From positions 32,001 to 96,000 of the forward strand of contig CBDVDR010000010.1 of assembly GCA_965372795.1 (NCBI GenBank): a stretch of 64,000 nt of DNA. Reading direction: 5' to 3'. This document shows positions 1 through 11,900 of this stretch, one piece after another. Within the stretch, counting starts at the first letter, position 1; each line of letters begins with the position of its first letter. Both the position numbers and the translations under genes were made by a program. The notes beneath the pieces were generated by a model. The model saw nothing but the letters and a program-made list of their open reading frames with translations, was not told where the DNA came from and ran no database searches. This stretch comes from an uncultured bacterium. Lineage in GTDB: Bacteria > Zixibacteria > MSB-5A5 > GN15 > FEB-12.

Positions 1-321
1 TCTGCGTAGATCCAGACCTACAAAGGAGTAGGGTGTATCCGAGTTAGGAGTTTGCACGGCTTTGTCTTTGGGGGTGTAAACCCGCGGGACGTTGTGAATC
101 TTATTCCATTCCCCTTTGTATTCGGGACTCTCGCTATTTACAAAATAATCGTGCATGATGCGGTAGCCATCCACCATCGGATAGCCGTAGAGATAAGCTT
201 CCTTGGCGATGGATCGTACTTCATCTGGTGTGATAGAATTCTGTCCACACGAGAACTGGGACGAAATCACCAGCACCACAATCAACATCATGAATATTTT
301 GAATGAACGTATTTTCTTCAT
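1..321 (-). CDS. DUF1254-domain secreted protein (5' part only; runs off window edge)
   Basis: Not in ORF track. Manual translation from ATG at 321 (GGAG RBS upstream): MKKIRSF...IAKEAYLYGYPMVDGYRI...VYTPKDKAVQTPNSDTPYSFVGLDLR, typical DUF1254 N-terminus. Confidence 0.85.
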   Translation of the reverse strand, partial: MKKIRSFKIFMMLIVVLVISSQFSCGQNSITPDEVRSIAKEAYLYGYPMVDGYRIMHDYFVNSESPEYKGEWNKIHNVPRVYTPKDKAVQTPNSDTPYSFVGLDLRR

Positions 322-410
322 CTTTTCTCACTCCTAAAGAGATTCTTTTTTGCTTCATCTACTTACACAATGTATATCAGATTGGTGAATTACAGTCTCT
401 ATCCTGGTCA

Positions 411-1232
411 TTAGAACAGAACCAGAACTGAAATTCCCACGCCAAATTCATCGACATCGTAAAGGTACCAGTCAGTATCACCTTTTTCTTCATTTTCATA
501 TTCAATTATAGAGTATTTGAAGTTGGGACTAATTGTCCAGCTTTTTGATGGGTTCCAGGACAAACCAGTCTTAAAAGTGTAGGTACCTTCTGAGCCGCCA
601 AAACCAGCATCAGCTTGAAGGCTCCAAGTAACACCCGGAGAAATGACTAATCCCATTGAAGAGCCAATAAGAACATCAAACCATTTATTATCAACATCTT
701 CCTTTACCTCAATGGTGCTGGTCCCTTCGGTTATAGTTAAGTTTGTACCAAAATCATGTTTCATAAAGCGACCACCAACATAAGGGGTAACGACGAAGTT
801 TCTATCTTCGGAGCGGAAGGCTGTGTATCCTACAGTAGCTTCAGCAACAAAAGTTTTAAAAAATATTTCAGCTGTATATTCTCCATCTCCATCTCCATCT
901 TCATCAGTTAAATCACCTTCGACATCGTCACCTAGTTTAAGACCACCAAACGATCCTGCTATCATCCAACTGCCATCGGTTGCATAACCGCCCAATCCAA
1001 AAGCAGATTGAGTAAAGTCATTAAAATCTTCTGGACCCATATCGACTTCAAATTCAATAGTACCGGTTGAACTGAAATATAGACCTTGATCTCCTTCGGC
1101 ATTCATGAATGTAAATCCAGTACCGACACCATAAAACCACTTCTTCTGTGCATTTACGCTCGACACCCCAATGAGGCTTACTATGAAGACAGTCAACAAA
1201 GCAGCTTTAGTTCCTTTTAATAGTTTGTTCAT
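411..1232 (-). CDS. Outer-membrane beta-barrel protein
   Basis: Signal peptide, alternating aromatic/Gly beta-strands, C-terminal Phe. Confidence 0.7.
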   Translation of the reverse strand: MNKLLKGTKAALLTVFIVSLIGVSSVNAQKKWFYGVGTGFTFMNAEGDQGLYFSSTGTIEFEVDMGPEDFNDFTQSAFGLGGYATDGSWMIAGSFGGLKLGDDVEGDLTDEDGDGDGEYTAEIFFKTFVAEATVGYTAFRSEDRNFVVTPYVGGRFMKHDFGTNLTITEGTSTIEVKEDVDNKWFDVLIGSSMGLVISPGVTWSLQADAGFGGSEGTYTFKTGLSWNPSKSWTISPNFKYSIIEYENEEKGDTDWYLYDVDEFGVGISVLVLF

Positions 1233-1253
1233 GGTTGTTATTCTCCTTTTTAA

Positions 1254-1616
1254 TTACTTATTTATTTGTTCTTCTATTATTTCTACTACTTTTTCAAATT
1301 CCGTAGACTTGTCAAAGAAGTGGTCAGCGCCGTCCTTAGCAGCCTCCTTTCTAAACTTATCAGCGGAGTACTTGCTCAACATTATGGTAATCGGTGGCAC
1401 CTCAAATTTTTTCACCACTTGCAGAACATCAAACCCAGACCCTCCCGGCATCATGATATCAATGATGATCACGTCGGGTAGAATCTCCTTCGCCATACGA
1501 ATGCTTTCCGGCACATTAACAGCTTCGGATATTTGGAGATCGCCACGGATTCGATCTAATAATTTGATCAAGCTTCTTCGGACCAAAATTGAGTCATCGA
1601 CTATCAGTATTTTCAT
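1254..1616 (-). CDS. Single-domain response regulator (receiver)
   Basis: ILIVDD, DIMMPGGSG, FFDK motifs; ATG at 1616 with AGGA RBS preferred over 1649. Confidence 0.9.
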   Translation of the reverse strand: MKILIVDDSILVRRSLIKLLDRIRGDLQISEAVNVPESIRMAKEILPDVIIIDIMMPGGSGFDVLQVVKKFEVPPITIMLSKYSADKFRKEAAKDGADHFFDKSTEFEKVVEIIEEQINK

Positions 1617-1685
1617 TTTTTCCTCTGTGTAAAAAAAATGGTCATCCAATAAATATATTCACTTATATTCTGTCGTTTTGGCATG

Positions 1686-2411
1686 TCATTGATTCACTTG
1701 AAGGGGTTGAGTCATTCTAAATGATAGAAGCGATCTGACTGGAATAGAAATTTGATTTCCCGGGGTCAATACAGCGGCGGCAACTCCAATCTTAGCTCCA
1801 GTACGGGCACCTTTATTTTTGTCCATAGCGGCTCCAACGGCGGCTCCAGCAGCAATTTTTTTAAGCGCTCCAGATCGTTCGCCATCATAATTGATTTGAT
1901 CGGTCACGATTGGATACATTTGACCATCAATATTGATGTCTGTTACTTCAAGGACAAGTTTTGCCTTGGAAAGTCTCTTCCCTTCTTTAGCCTCTACAAC
2001 ACGACCATACACCTTGCTTCCCTTAGGGGCAATTACCTGCCCATCGACAACAAGATTAGCCTCAAGTGCCGTAGTAAATCGGTCTCCTTTCTTTATTCTC
2101 CCGGTAACAAGATTCGATTCATTACGTACCATCAACTGTGTTCCGGCGTTGATTGTTAGAGGACCTGTAGTGGCGGAGGCTGGCTTCGGACTGACCGATG
2201 GCACCGACCTCTGGAAAGTCAGTGAAATAATCGACTCCAATGGGTAAGTGTTTATAACTCCGTCAACTTCAAACTCAATGACGCTGACCGATCCGCTCAT
2301 ATACTTACCTGTTAACTCTCTGCCGTCTTTGAGTAGCAGGGTGTCCGCGCTTACAACCATCGCCATCAGAACTATTGTCCCGCCGATTATCCATAAAATT
2401 GATTTTGACAT
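1686..2411 (-). CDS. Exported hypothetical protein with VirB10/TrbI-like beta region and glycine zipper
   Basis: Signal peptide from MSKSILW (RBS AGGAG); LTINAGTQL...VIAPKGSKVYGRV; AAGAAVGAA zipper. Confidence 0.55.
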   Translation of the reverse strand: MSKSILWIIGGTIVLMAMVVSADTLLLKDGRELTGKYMSGSVSVIEFEVDGVINTYPLESIISLTFQRSVPSVSPKPASATTGPLTINAGTQLMVRNESNLVTGRIKKGDRFTTALEANLVVDGQVIAPKGSKVYGRVVEAKEGKRLSKAKLVLEVTDINIDGQMYPIVTDQINYDGERSGALKKIAAGAAVGAAMDKNKGARTGAKIGVAAAVLTPGNQISIPVRSLLSFRMTQPLQVNQ

Positions 2412-2720
2412 TTTATAAGTACTCCTAAGCATTAAGCGTTTGATTAGTATTTTCTTCAATCATATAACAAGAATTTATAGATCGCATTGAAATGGCGATG
2501 TAGTTCAAGCCATGAATCCGCCGTCACAGATTCTGCTACAATTATCACGTATCATAACCGGTCTCAGCAATTTAGCCTTAGGAAAGCCGAGCAGAGGAAG
2601 GCATTCAGGATGATGTTAAAGAATTATTCAAACTGGTGGAGGCAAGGTTTTGACAAGAGCGATAAGGGAAATAAGTTTTTTTTGGACTTGAATGGTCCTG
2701 GCGGATCAATGCCCATGGGT

Positions 2721-3353
2721 TCAGTTTACAAGTTTACCCTTAATGCAATATCGAATGAGTTCTTGATTGGATGACATGTTCATTTTCTGAAGGATTCTTT
2801 GTCGGTAGGTACTAATCGTACTCGGGCTTACTGAAAGAGTCTTCGTCATGTTCTGAGGAGACTCCCCAGATCCGATTAAAAGTAACACCTGGAACTCACG
2901 ATCCGACAGTTTCTCGTGCAGAATTTCGAATTGAGGCGACTCCAGTTCAAGTGCGAGACAATCAGCCACCATTTCACTAATATATCGACCACCCCTCCAA
3001 ATTCTATCAATTGCTTTGATTAATTCGGTTGATGCGGTTGATTTTGTCAAGTATCCCGCAGCCCCTGATTTTAGGGCACGCAAGGCGTACATTCGCTCAG
3101 GATGCATACTCAGGATAAGAACTTTCAAGTTCTTGTGTACTGCCCGAAGCTCTTTCAAAAGATCAAGTCCATTTTTATCGGGGAGATTGATATCTAAAAC
3201 CAGAACATCACAATCCACTTTCTTAACGGCGTCAAAGACTTCGAATGCTGAAGAGCACTCGGCAGTTACCTGCATGTCCATCCGTCCTTCGATAAGTTTT
3301 TTTAGACCTTCTCTTATTAAAGCATGATCGTCGGTTATTATTATATTGATCAC
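2721..3353 (-). CDS. NarL/UvrY-family response regulator (REC + LuxR HTH)
   Basis: DDHALIREG, LDINLP, LSDREFQVL, TISTYRQRILQK. Confidence 0.95.
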   Translation of the reverse strand: MINIIITDDHALIREGLKKLIEGRMDMQVTAECSSAFEVFDAVKKVDCDVLVLDINLPDKNGLDLLKELRAVHKNLKVLILSMHPERMYALRALKSGAAGYLTKSTASTELIKAIDRIWRGGRYISEMVADCLALELESPQFEILHEKLSDREFQVLLLIGSGESPQNMTKTLSVSPSTISTYRQRILQKMNMSSNQELIRYCIKGKLVN

Positions 3354-3363
3354 TATTCTATCC

Positions 3364-5478
3364 TCAAGATTTTATAGGTATTGTAATACGTATGGTTAAT
3401 CCTTCGCCAGAAGTTGAATCTATTTGTACGTTGCCATCGAGGGCGCTAGCCCTTTCTCTTATACCCAGCAAGCCGAATCTGTTTGTAGAGGTAAGCGCAT
3501 CCTTAGCTAAGCCAACTCCGTTGTCACTCACCTCAATAATCACAGTATTGTCATTCAGAATCAATTTTACTGTGGAGTTGCTTGCTTTAGAGTGACGGGA
3601 TATATTGGTTAAACACTCCTGAACAATCCGGTAGACAGCAATGGCAATCTCGTCGTTGATGGTTATGTGGTCTAACGCGCAAACGAAATCACACTTAATC
3701 CTGTGGGACTTGAAGAACTCTTCTGCTTGGTACTCAAGAGCAGCAATCAAACCAAGATTATCCAAAATTTCAGGTCTCAGTCTTCTCACAAACGCATGCA
3801 GCCTTTCGCTGGCTTTTTCCAAAGTCTCGCTCATTGCGGCCAGGTCTTCTGAAATAGAATCGGAATTGTCTGTGTCTTCTGAGTTGTGTACTTGACGCTC
3901 TACAATCGCAACGTCAATTTTCAATGAAGTAAGAACTTGTCCCAAATCGTCGTGCAAATCTCTGGCAATTGATTTTCGTTCTCGTTCGGTTATCTTTGTC
4001 ATGTGGTTCGTCAAATCACGCAACCGCTGTCTTGAGGCACTCAATTCATCAATGTACTTCTGATGCTCCCGAAGATCAGAAATTCCCACAAGGTATCGGT
4101 TTCCGAACAGCGTCTCCTGCAAATTCAAGCTGACATCAATAGGAATCTCCGAACCGTCTTTCTTCCGTCCTTTGATTTGCAGCCCGGAACCCATAGGTCT
4201 GGGCAAGGTTTGTTTTCTAATATTATCACGGAGCTTTCTATGCTTTTTATGCAAACTTGCAGGCACCAGCACTTCGATAGCACTTCCGATTAATTCTGAA
4301 TCGGTATACCCAAAGAGTCTGGAGCAGGTATTGTTTTGCATTTTGATTGTGCCATCTTCTAATGTAATGAGCATTGCACCAGGCGCCGCTTCTATAAGAT
4401 GCTCAAAAGTATTTGAGACGTGCAAGCGGTCAATGGCCAAAGCCGCCTGTAGTGTGATTGCTGAGATCAGTTCAATGTTTTCATCGCTCATCTCTTTTTT
4501 ATTAGGTGAATAAAAACAAAATACAGCCATTAAAGCACTATTCGTTTTTAATGGCACGCCCAGAGCTGTTTTGATTCCTAACCGGTGAAACACCTTGTCA
4601 CGAGGAATAACCAAGTTACTCTGCCAGTTTTCATTGGAATGCCACTCCAAATCTCCGGTGCTCCAAACGCTGCCCGCCACATCTTGTCCTTTTTCAAGAG
4701 TAAGGCCGACACTACAATCAGCAAATTGCTTCAAATCTTTAGTTACTGAACTCCATTGGTAATAAGCTTTGAGATTATTAGTGTCTTCCTGAGGTATCCA
4801 TATTTCAGCATACCGGTACTCAAAAAACTCAGAAAGTTCAATTAAGCATATTCTTAGAGCTTGCTCAATATCCTCAGCAGCAACAATATAATTTAACAAC
4901 TGGTGCTCAATTTGAGATGACAGATTGCGTGCTTGAATTTCAGAAGTGCGCTCTGCTACCAATGCTTCCAGGTGATTGTGATACTGTGAAAGTTCCTCTT
5001 TACTCTGATGGCGCTCAGTAATGTCCTCGATAAAGCAACTTACACCAATAACCGTTCCATCTTGCAGTTTATTTGGATAATAATTGTGTTCGAATAGCCT
5101 TTTTTCGCCTGGATGAGCGAGGGTTGCGGCATATACATGCCCTTTGATAATTGGATTACCTGTGTCGATGACCTGTTGAAACTGCGGCTCAATAGAGTCT
5201 GCCAAGTCCGGAAATAACTTGCGTATGGATTGTCCGATATGCTTTTCCGCAGGTAACCCATTGATGTCAGCAAGCCAATCATTAATATATGTATAGCGCA
5301 ATTTTGTATCCAAGTAGCAAAAACCCACTTTCGCAGTGCTCATTATATAAATGAGATTCGCTTCCCTTGCCTGCATATTTGTAATCTGTGCCTTGAGTGT
5401 TCTTAAAACTTCATCGCTAACATTGATATTCGTTTTCAAAATTTCCTCGTTACAAAATCTCTTGAATGTTCGTCTCAT
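3364..5478 (-). CDS. PAS-GAF-PAS sensor histidine kinase (HisKA_3/NarX-type)
   Basis: ERKSIARDLHDDLGQ, VQECLTNISRHS, DNGVG, FGLLGIRER; cognate regulator adjacent. Confidence 0.95.
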   Translation of the reverse strand: MRRTFKRFCNEEILKTNINVSDEVLRTLKAQITNMQAREANLIYIMSTAKVGFCYLDTKLRYTYINDWLADINGLPAEKHIGQSIRKLFPDLADSIEPQFQQVIDTGNPIIKGHVYAATLAHPGEKRLFEHNYYPNKLQDGTVIGVSCFIEDITERHQSKEELSQYHNHLEALVAERTSEIQARNLSSQIEHQLLNYIVAAEDIEQALRICLIELSEFFEYRYAEIWIPQEDTNNLKAYYQWSSVTKDLKQFADCSVGLTLEKGQDVAGSVWSTGDLEWHSNENWQSNLVIPRDKVFHRLGIKTALGVPLKTNSALMAVFCFYSPNKKEMSDENIELISAITLQAALAIDRLHVSNTFEHLIEAAPGAMLITLEDGTIKMQNNTCSRLFGYTDSELIGSAIEVLVPASLHKKHRKLRDNIRKQTLPRPMGSGLQIKGRKKDGSEIPIDVSLNLQETLFGNRYLVGISDLREHQKYIDELSASRQRLRDLTNHMTKITERERKSIARDLHDDLGQVLTSLKIDVAIVERQVHNSEDTDNSDSISEDLAAMSETLEKASERLHAFVRRLRPEILDNLGLIAALEYQAEEFFKSHRIKCDFVCALDHITINDEIAIAVYRIVQECLTNISRHSKASNSTVKLILNDNTVIIEVSDNGVGLAKDALTSTNRFGLLGIRERASALDGNVQIDSTSGEGLTIRITIPIKS

Positions 5479-6110
5479 GGATAGAGCATGGTTGTTTCGT
5501 TTTAAATTCGCTATTGGTCTCTATTTTATATTTGTTACAAAACACAAGAAACTCTTCTCACTGAGGTACGCCATATAGAAGAAAAGATATACATGCTCAC
5601 CTTTGTCCAGTTCTTTTCAACATACGAATTGTATCCTAATTTGAGCAACTAATTGTGAAAACAGCTCAGGAAAATACTCTTAGGTGTTCTTCAAAGTGAT
5701 TGATAGCGACGCAGTTACACTTACAATGAAATCTGTCGCAATTTTTATGACATCACTTACATAATTTCTACGACATCCAGTCATATCTCCAACCCGTTAT
5801 CATTTATATACAAACGTGGAGCCAGATAGTCATTGGAAATTCACAAAGATTTGACCGATAGTCTGACTTCTGGCATACAGTATAAATAATCAAAAGGTTG
5901 TCTGTGTTACATAGTCTTCACATATCAAGATTCGTATTTATTATAACAGTTGTATGCTTTGGATTAGGTCCGGGGATTTTTGCCAACGATGGATATTGGA
6001 TGTCGCGTCGACATTCTAATGAGCCAGTGGAGCTGTAGTATGAAAATGAATCACCATTTCAGGCTTTATGTAATGCGGTATCCCGAAGAAACTCGGAATT
6101 GTAGCGACTG

Positions 6111-7889
6111 ATGGGTATGAGCCTCTCAGCATGGATTCTAATAGGTGCCGTCATGGGACTTGCCTGTGGCTTGTTCTTTGGTGAGTATACCGCCCTGTTG
6201 TCAGTTGTTGGTGACGCCTGCGTGGGACTGCTTCAAATGACGGTGCTTCCCTATATCGCTATTGCTATCATCGCTAATATTGGAAAACTGTCGCCTAAAG
6301 TCGCTCTGCGATTTGTCCTCTATGTCTGTGGTTCCCTGTTAACCTCGGTCATCATAACGTTTGCAGTTGTTGTGTTCCTGCCCTTGTGCCTGCCGGATAA
6401 AGAAACAGCTTCTTTCTTCAGTTCAAGCACTCTCGCAGAATCAAGCCAGATTGACTTCCTCCAATTATTCATTCCCTCTAACCCTTTCTATTCATTGGCT
6501 AATAACATCGTACCCGCCGTGGTCCTGTTTTGTATTGCAATCGGGACTGCCATTATGACTATGGAAACCAAGAAACCTGCTCTGGAACAACTCGACTTTC
6601 TGTCAAAAGCTCTAGCTCGTATCAATCATTATCTCGTAAGATTAACTCCGATAGGCGTGTTTGCCTCCTGATTTGTTGACATTCCCATATCGATAAGTCA
6701 GTATCCTTCTTTTCTCGCCGCCGGAATGTTCAGCTTGTTCGGTAGTCCTCATGTCACCATACCTTTTCTACTGGATATGCTCCGACTTCCTGCTGACATG
6801 TTTCAACTGTATCTTGCCTCAGGCATTCTCGTAGATCGGATGGGAAATTTCCTGGGGGCGATCCATCTGCTGTTTGTAACGGTGCTGACGACCGCAGCCC
6901 TGTCTGGCAAACTGATTTTCCAATGGCGCAAGCTGATTTTCTCATTTGTTTTCATCATTGTATTTATAGCCGTAGCAACGATTTGTACAAAAGCATATTT
7001 GTCCGGCACACTTTCTGAGGAGTACAACAAGGATCAGACTGTTCGGAACATGCACTCGGCTATACATTCATCACAGGCTGTAATTCATCGATCTTTGCCT
7101 TCGGACTTTCCTGCTCTTGAGGTTTCAGCCATGCAACGCATATCAGAGAATGGCGTAATTCGCATTGGCTACAACCCGGACAATCTGCCAATGAGCTTCT
7201 TCAATGCATCTGACAAACTGGTCGGTTATGACATCGACATGGCTCACTTGTTGGCTCAACAGATGGCATGTCAGTTGGAATTTGTACCATTTGAGTTATC
7301 CACTCTTGTTGAACAACTAAACCGTGGGGATTTCGATATTGCAATGTCAGGTATTGTTATGCCACCGCCTCGTCTGACCCAAATAACCTTCTCTGAGCCT
7401 TACGGGCAGACAACCGCCGCCATAGTGATTCAGGATCATAGGCGCGATGAATTCATCCGGCGGCTATCAGAGGGAGACTTTCAGGGTATCCGACTTGCAC
7501 TCACAAACTCCAAAGATGCAGGCAGGATCGTAGCGAATCTCTTGCCCGGAGCAGTTTTCGTAGAGGTTTCTTCGCTCCGAGAATACTGTGAGTCCAGATA
7601 TAAAGAGGTTGATGGAATGATTTGGAGTGCAGAGAGCGGTTCTGCTTGGACACTGCTTTATCCGAATTTCAGTGTCGTACCGATACGCCCCCTTTACCGC
7701 GTACCAATCGGCTACGCAGTATCATACAATAACACCAGGTTAGCTGACTTCGTGAGCCAATGGATCAAAGTCGTTCAAGCCAGTCCGACTGATGAACTGC
7801 TATATGAACACTGGATTTTAGGGAAGAGTACGGAAGTGCATTTGCCTCGATGGAGCGTAATAAGGAACGTTCTGCACTGGGTAAAATAG
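6111..7889 (+). pseudogene. Disrupted dicarboxylate/amino acid:cation symporter fused to family-3 solute-binding domain
   Basis: ORFs 6111-6671 and 6726-7889 share one frame, split by TGA at 6669-6671. SDF motifs (LLQMTVLPYI, FIPSNPF, TPIGVFA) then SBP_bac_3 (GYDIDMA, GDFDIAMSG); central SDF helices appear missing. Confidence 0.75.
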
Positions 7890-8007
7890 GCGTGACGTGT
7901 ACTGAAGAAGCCACTAAGCTCTTCTGATGACTCTCAACATATTCCTGATTCTCACTTCCTGCCTTATTGCCAAGGTGATAGTAAACTGGAAATTGTAATC
8001 GCAGCAT

Positions 8008-8880
8008 TTACTGCCATCCGGCGAATCGTCCCGTTATCCAAACCGGATGATGGTCGCTCGCCTTGGTACCGGTCAGAACCCCGCTGCCCGTAATCATGAA
8101 CCCTCTTGTGTAAATATGATCAAGGTGCAATCTTATAATTCCTAACGGTCCGACATCGGAAGTCGATTCCACACCTTCAGAAGCGCGTATCAAGCCAATT
8201 CTCTCAAAAGAGCTATCGAACCTTTCCAGTACCTGGTGTAGCACAGTATTGAAATCTCCTCCCACGACAACATGTTCAAAGTTGGTGTCGATTGCTGATG
8301 CCAGCGAATCAATCTGATCGAGGCGAGACCGAAACCCCATGCGATACATTTCAGTGTGTGCCGAGATAACCCGAATTTCTCGTTCACCGATTACAACGGT
8401 GGCGGCAGTGCCTATGCGATTTTGTCGCCTAAGAAAATCGAGATGGGGAAGCACAATTTTAGTCGGCTCATTAAGCGGCCACGGTGAGAGTATAGCATTG
8501 CCAAAAGCAGACTTCCGTTTGGAATGTACCGCCGATGGGTAGTAAACATAATTAAGCCTGCGACTCCGGGCAATCTTCTCGACTCCCGGCAAATCCGCTT
8601 CCTGAAGTAGTACTATATCAGCCAAAAGCCAGATTGAATCCTCTCCCAACTCATGAATGACCAGGTCTAATTTCTCGCCAAGATGAATATTGTAAGAGAT
8701 TACTACAATTTCCTGCCCGTGATATGTGGGTGACTCTGTTGAAACATGCCAGTATAACGGACCATAAGGGTCTTCGTAATTCGTATAAGTTCCGCAGGCA
8801 CATAGACTACCGATAGTAGCAGTCGCCATGACAACTAATAGCGTATATCTGATATATCTCATTTGATTGAACTTGTGCAT
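8008..8880 (-). CDS. Endonuclease/exonuclease/phosphatase-family protein (probable lipoprotein)
   Basis: SYNIH, LLQE, GNAILS, GGDFN, LDHIY, SDHHP motifs; Cys-containing signal peptide. Confidence 0.92.
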   Translation of the reverse strand: MHKFNQMRYIRYTLLVVMATATIGSLCACGTYTNYEDPYGPLYWHVSTESPTYHGQEIVVISYNIHLGEKLDLVIHELGEDSIWLLADIVLLQEADLPGVEKIARSRRLNYVYYPSAVHSKRKSAFGNAILSPWPLNEPTKIVLPHLDFLRRQNRIGTAATVVIGEREIRVISAHTEMYRMGFRSRLDQIDSLASAIDTNFEHVVVGGDFNTVLHQVLERFDSSFERIGLIRASEGVESTSDVGPLGIIRLHLDHIYTRGFMITGSGVLTGTKASDHHPVWITGRFAGWQ

Positions 8881-8986
8881 AATATTAGATCTCTCGTTGC
8901 ATCGTGCGGACTCTGTATTTCATTTATTAATTCAACCTGCATCAATATCATTCGCCACCATAAATGTGGATATAAGGCACCAGTCA

Positions 8987-11900
8987 TCATAGCAGAAGCT
9001 TAATAAAATCCGCAAATTTTCTCTTTATTGCTCCCGGTGGAGTGATATATTGATCCAGTTCCTCCGTAGTTTCTATCCAGGTGCAAAGCCTGGGCAAAAT
9101 TATGAAATCAAAAAAACCGATTGTACTTAGCCAACCGCCCAATAGAATCATTACTTCACCATCTAGCAACATACTCCGGTAGTCTAAGTTAATACTGCCA
9201 ACGGTAAGGAAAAAAATGAGACGCTCACGATCCTGAGGCGAAGTATCTTCAAGTATGTCCTCCACTAATTGACGCCACGCTTCCAGTAGATCTTCGGGTA
9301 CATCCTGAACATCTGGCGTACGATCACCGGAGACCCCACCTGTGCTTTGCTTAGCGAGGTAAGCAATATATCTCTTGAATAGATCTGCCAGACCAGGGTG
9401 GCTGCAAATTTTTTCCCAGGCAATCGATGACGCCATAAAGTTCGCTTTAAGATGCAATTTCGGTTTGATATCACTGCTGTCATTGCCCAAGTACGAAACT
9501 GAATAGCCAATGGAATCAAGCAACGCAGAGATATTGGAGGCAACAGCAAGTACTTCCGGACTAAGTGGCCAGAGACGGTTCATCCATGGAGCCTTTGGAT
9601 CCGCAACATGTTTAACCCGGCCGGCTATATCTGCTACCCCCTGCTGAGGGTTATACAAACCAACCTTAAGTAATCCATCTATAGATTCTAACTCGGAGTG
9701 CATGATATTGGAAAATTCAACGAGCCTGCTCATCAATCCATGAGCACGAGCCATTGTGAGAGTACTGGAGCTAGGCGACGATTTGTTAGTCGGGTTGATT
9801 ATCAGCACCCGGCAACCACGTAGAGAACTACCTGCTAATAATGATGCATAAATATAGCTTTGCCAAAGAGAACTCGGTACAGTCAAGACTGATCCTTCGG
9901 GCATCAAACTGTACAATATCGCCTTGCCTATAGTCGCCTTCTTGTGTTGAAATCCTGTGCCGTTGTGCAGTTGTACTACCTCGCCCCAGTTAGGAATCCA
10001 CGATGGTGTTGTCTTATCATGCTCAGCTTTTATCTTGCTTTGGTAGTCTGCTGAATATGGTAACGGACGTAATGGAAACGGAATTTCATCCTCGGTCATA
10101 CCATTTGTAAGCAGTACTTTGCGACCGGCCTCCTTGATCGCCAGAGCAGCTGGTCCCTGAATTATAATCGCTCGATCCTCCCAGTTTGTTCCAACATAAT
10201 GCTCACCTATACCCATCCCTGTAAAAAGAGCCATCCCACGGTATGGATCTTCTTCTGTTAAATCATAAAAAGCAAGTTTTCTATGATCTCGCATATAATT
10301 GTCGGTAACGGGAAACACTCCCACTACATGGAAGCTATAAAAAGACGGGTCTGCTGGATAGGTTATGTTGACATTGACCCTTATCCGATCATTCAACCAC
10401 TTCTCACCATACTGTGATTTTTCAATTGCCAGAAGTGTTGAACTGTCAACAGCCATGCGAAGTCTGTCCTGTGCTTTTTTAAGTTGTATTGACCATTCTT
10501 CATATTCGGAGGGCAAATTAATCGTTTTTGTAAGAGGTTCTTGAAGAATACGAAGCCATCGCCTGGCTTTGTTAATTTCAAAATAATGCTGGTCAAGAAA
10601 TATGAAGTACGCCGGTAATTTGCCAGTCTGGTCATAAGCCTCGACTCGCTCTGCCAGAACCTCTAAATAATTTAAAGTGTGGCGAAAAGCGATTTTATCC
10701 GGTTTACCATTATCATTAACTCCGGCAATATCGTGTACCCACAAGACGTGATAATCCTCTGCAAGACGTACAGAACGAGCCAACTCCCACTGAAATTGCT
10801 CGTTGATAACATACCAAACCCTGTTATCAGCCGAAAAGGATTGTTTTGTTGCTCGTTGGATTATCTCGTTGATCTCCGATTGCTTATCATGTTGCTCAGG
10901 TTTCAATGCGAACTGCAATGGAAGCCATACGAATCTTGAATCTCTCCAACGCTTTCTAAGTTCACTACGATTTTCTTCCATTATATCACAAAGACTCTGA
11001 AAAACCCAATACACCCGACGAGCTTGTAAGATACTAATATCAGTCTGTGAGAGTAACCAACGAGCAAATTCGGTTCGAGCCACGGCGATCAGCCCGCTTA
11101 ATTTGTCATTCTTTTTACGTTGACCAAGCAGGTTGTTGTACGGTAAGATAACTTCATCCAGCAGGAGCGCACGAGCTTTTGCACTCAGGCGTCGTCCGAA
11201 ATCATCCCCTTCTTTGCCGAAATAGAGATGGGAAGAACCTGCTAAACTGAAAGCATGATCCAAGCTCTCGTGATAAACACGAATTTCTTCGTTCAAGCTG
11301 AGCCCCTTAGGGAATCTTATATCCGTACTGCCAATATGCTTTTTTAGATCTGAGAGATCTGATTCCATAACGACTGCTGTCTTACCGCCTTGATCTACAA
11401 ATGGCTGACTCATTCGGGTAATCCACATCGCTCTCTCTTGCACATCGGAAATTGCTTCAGATAATTTTAGTTCAGGATTTGCCAACACCAGACGTACAGA
11501 ATTTGGGAGCACTTTGAGTTGAACATTGTCATTTTGCGGGCGCGTCTTTCCCAATTTGGATCCCCACATAGGAACCGTTACACCAACTCCAATTGACTGA
11601 CCTCGAGACGGTATCCAATTTATTGAAACAGTTGAACCACGACCAAAAATGCCTGATCGCCTGATGGGAATGTCCAGCCTTAGCATGAAATTAAAATCAT
11701 CATCGGGAATATTGTAATCAATGCCAACACCAAAATCAAAAGTTGGTATCGATATTTCAGCTCGGACACCACCGTCCAACGCTTTGGATCGTATTCCAAA
11801 GTAACCCCTAAGTCCAATCGCGGTTAAACCCTGGATGGGACTACTGATGTTCCTGAAGACACCACCTATAGCAAGTATCGTTGGATCACTCGAGTCGGTC

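Noticed and set aside
52..306. Plus-strand 84-aa ORF and the many other short overlapping ORFs in the track
   Set aside because: Antisense or alternate-frame shadows of well-supported genes (here the DUF1254 gene)
6669..6671. TGA recoded as Trp or Sec
   Set aside because: TGA is used as a normal stop in other genes here (e.g. hsdR, hsdS, hsdM); the accompanying deletion favours a pseudogene
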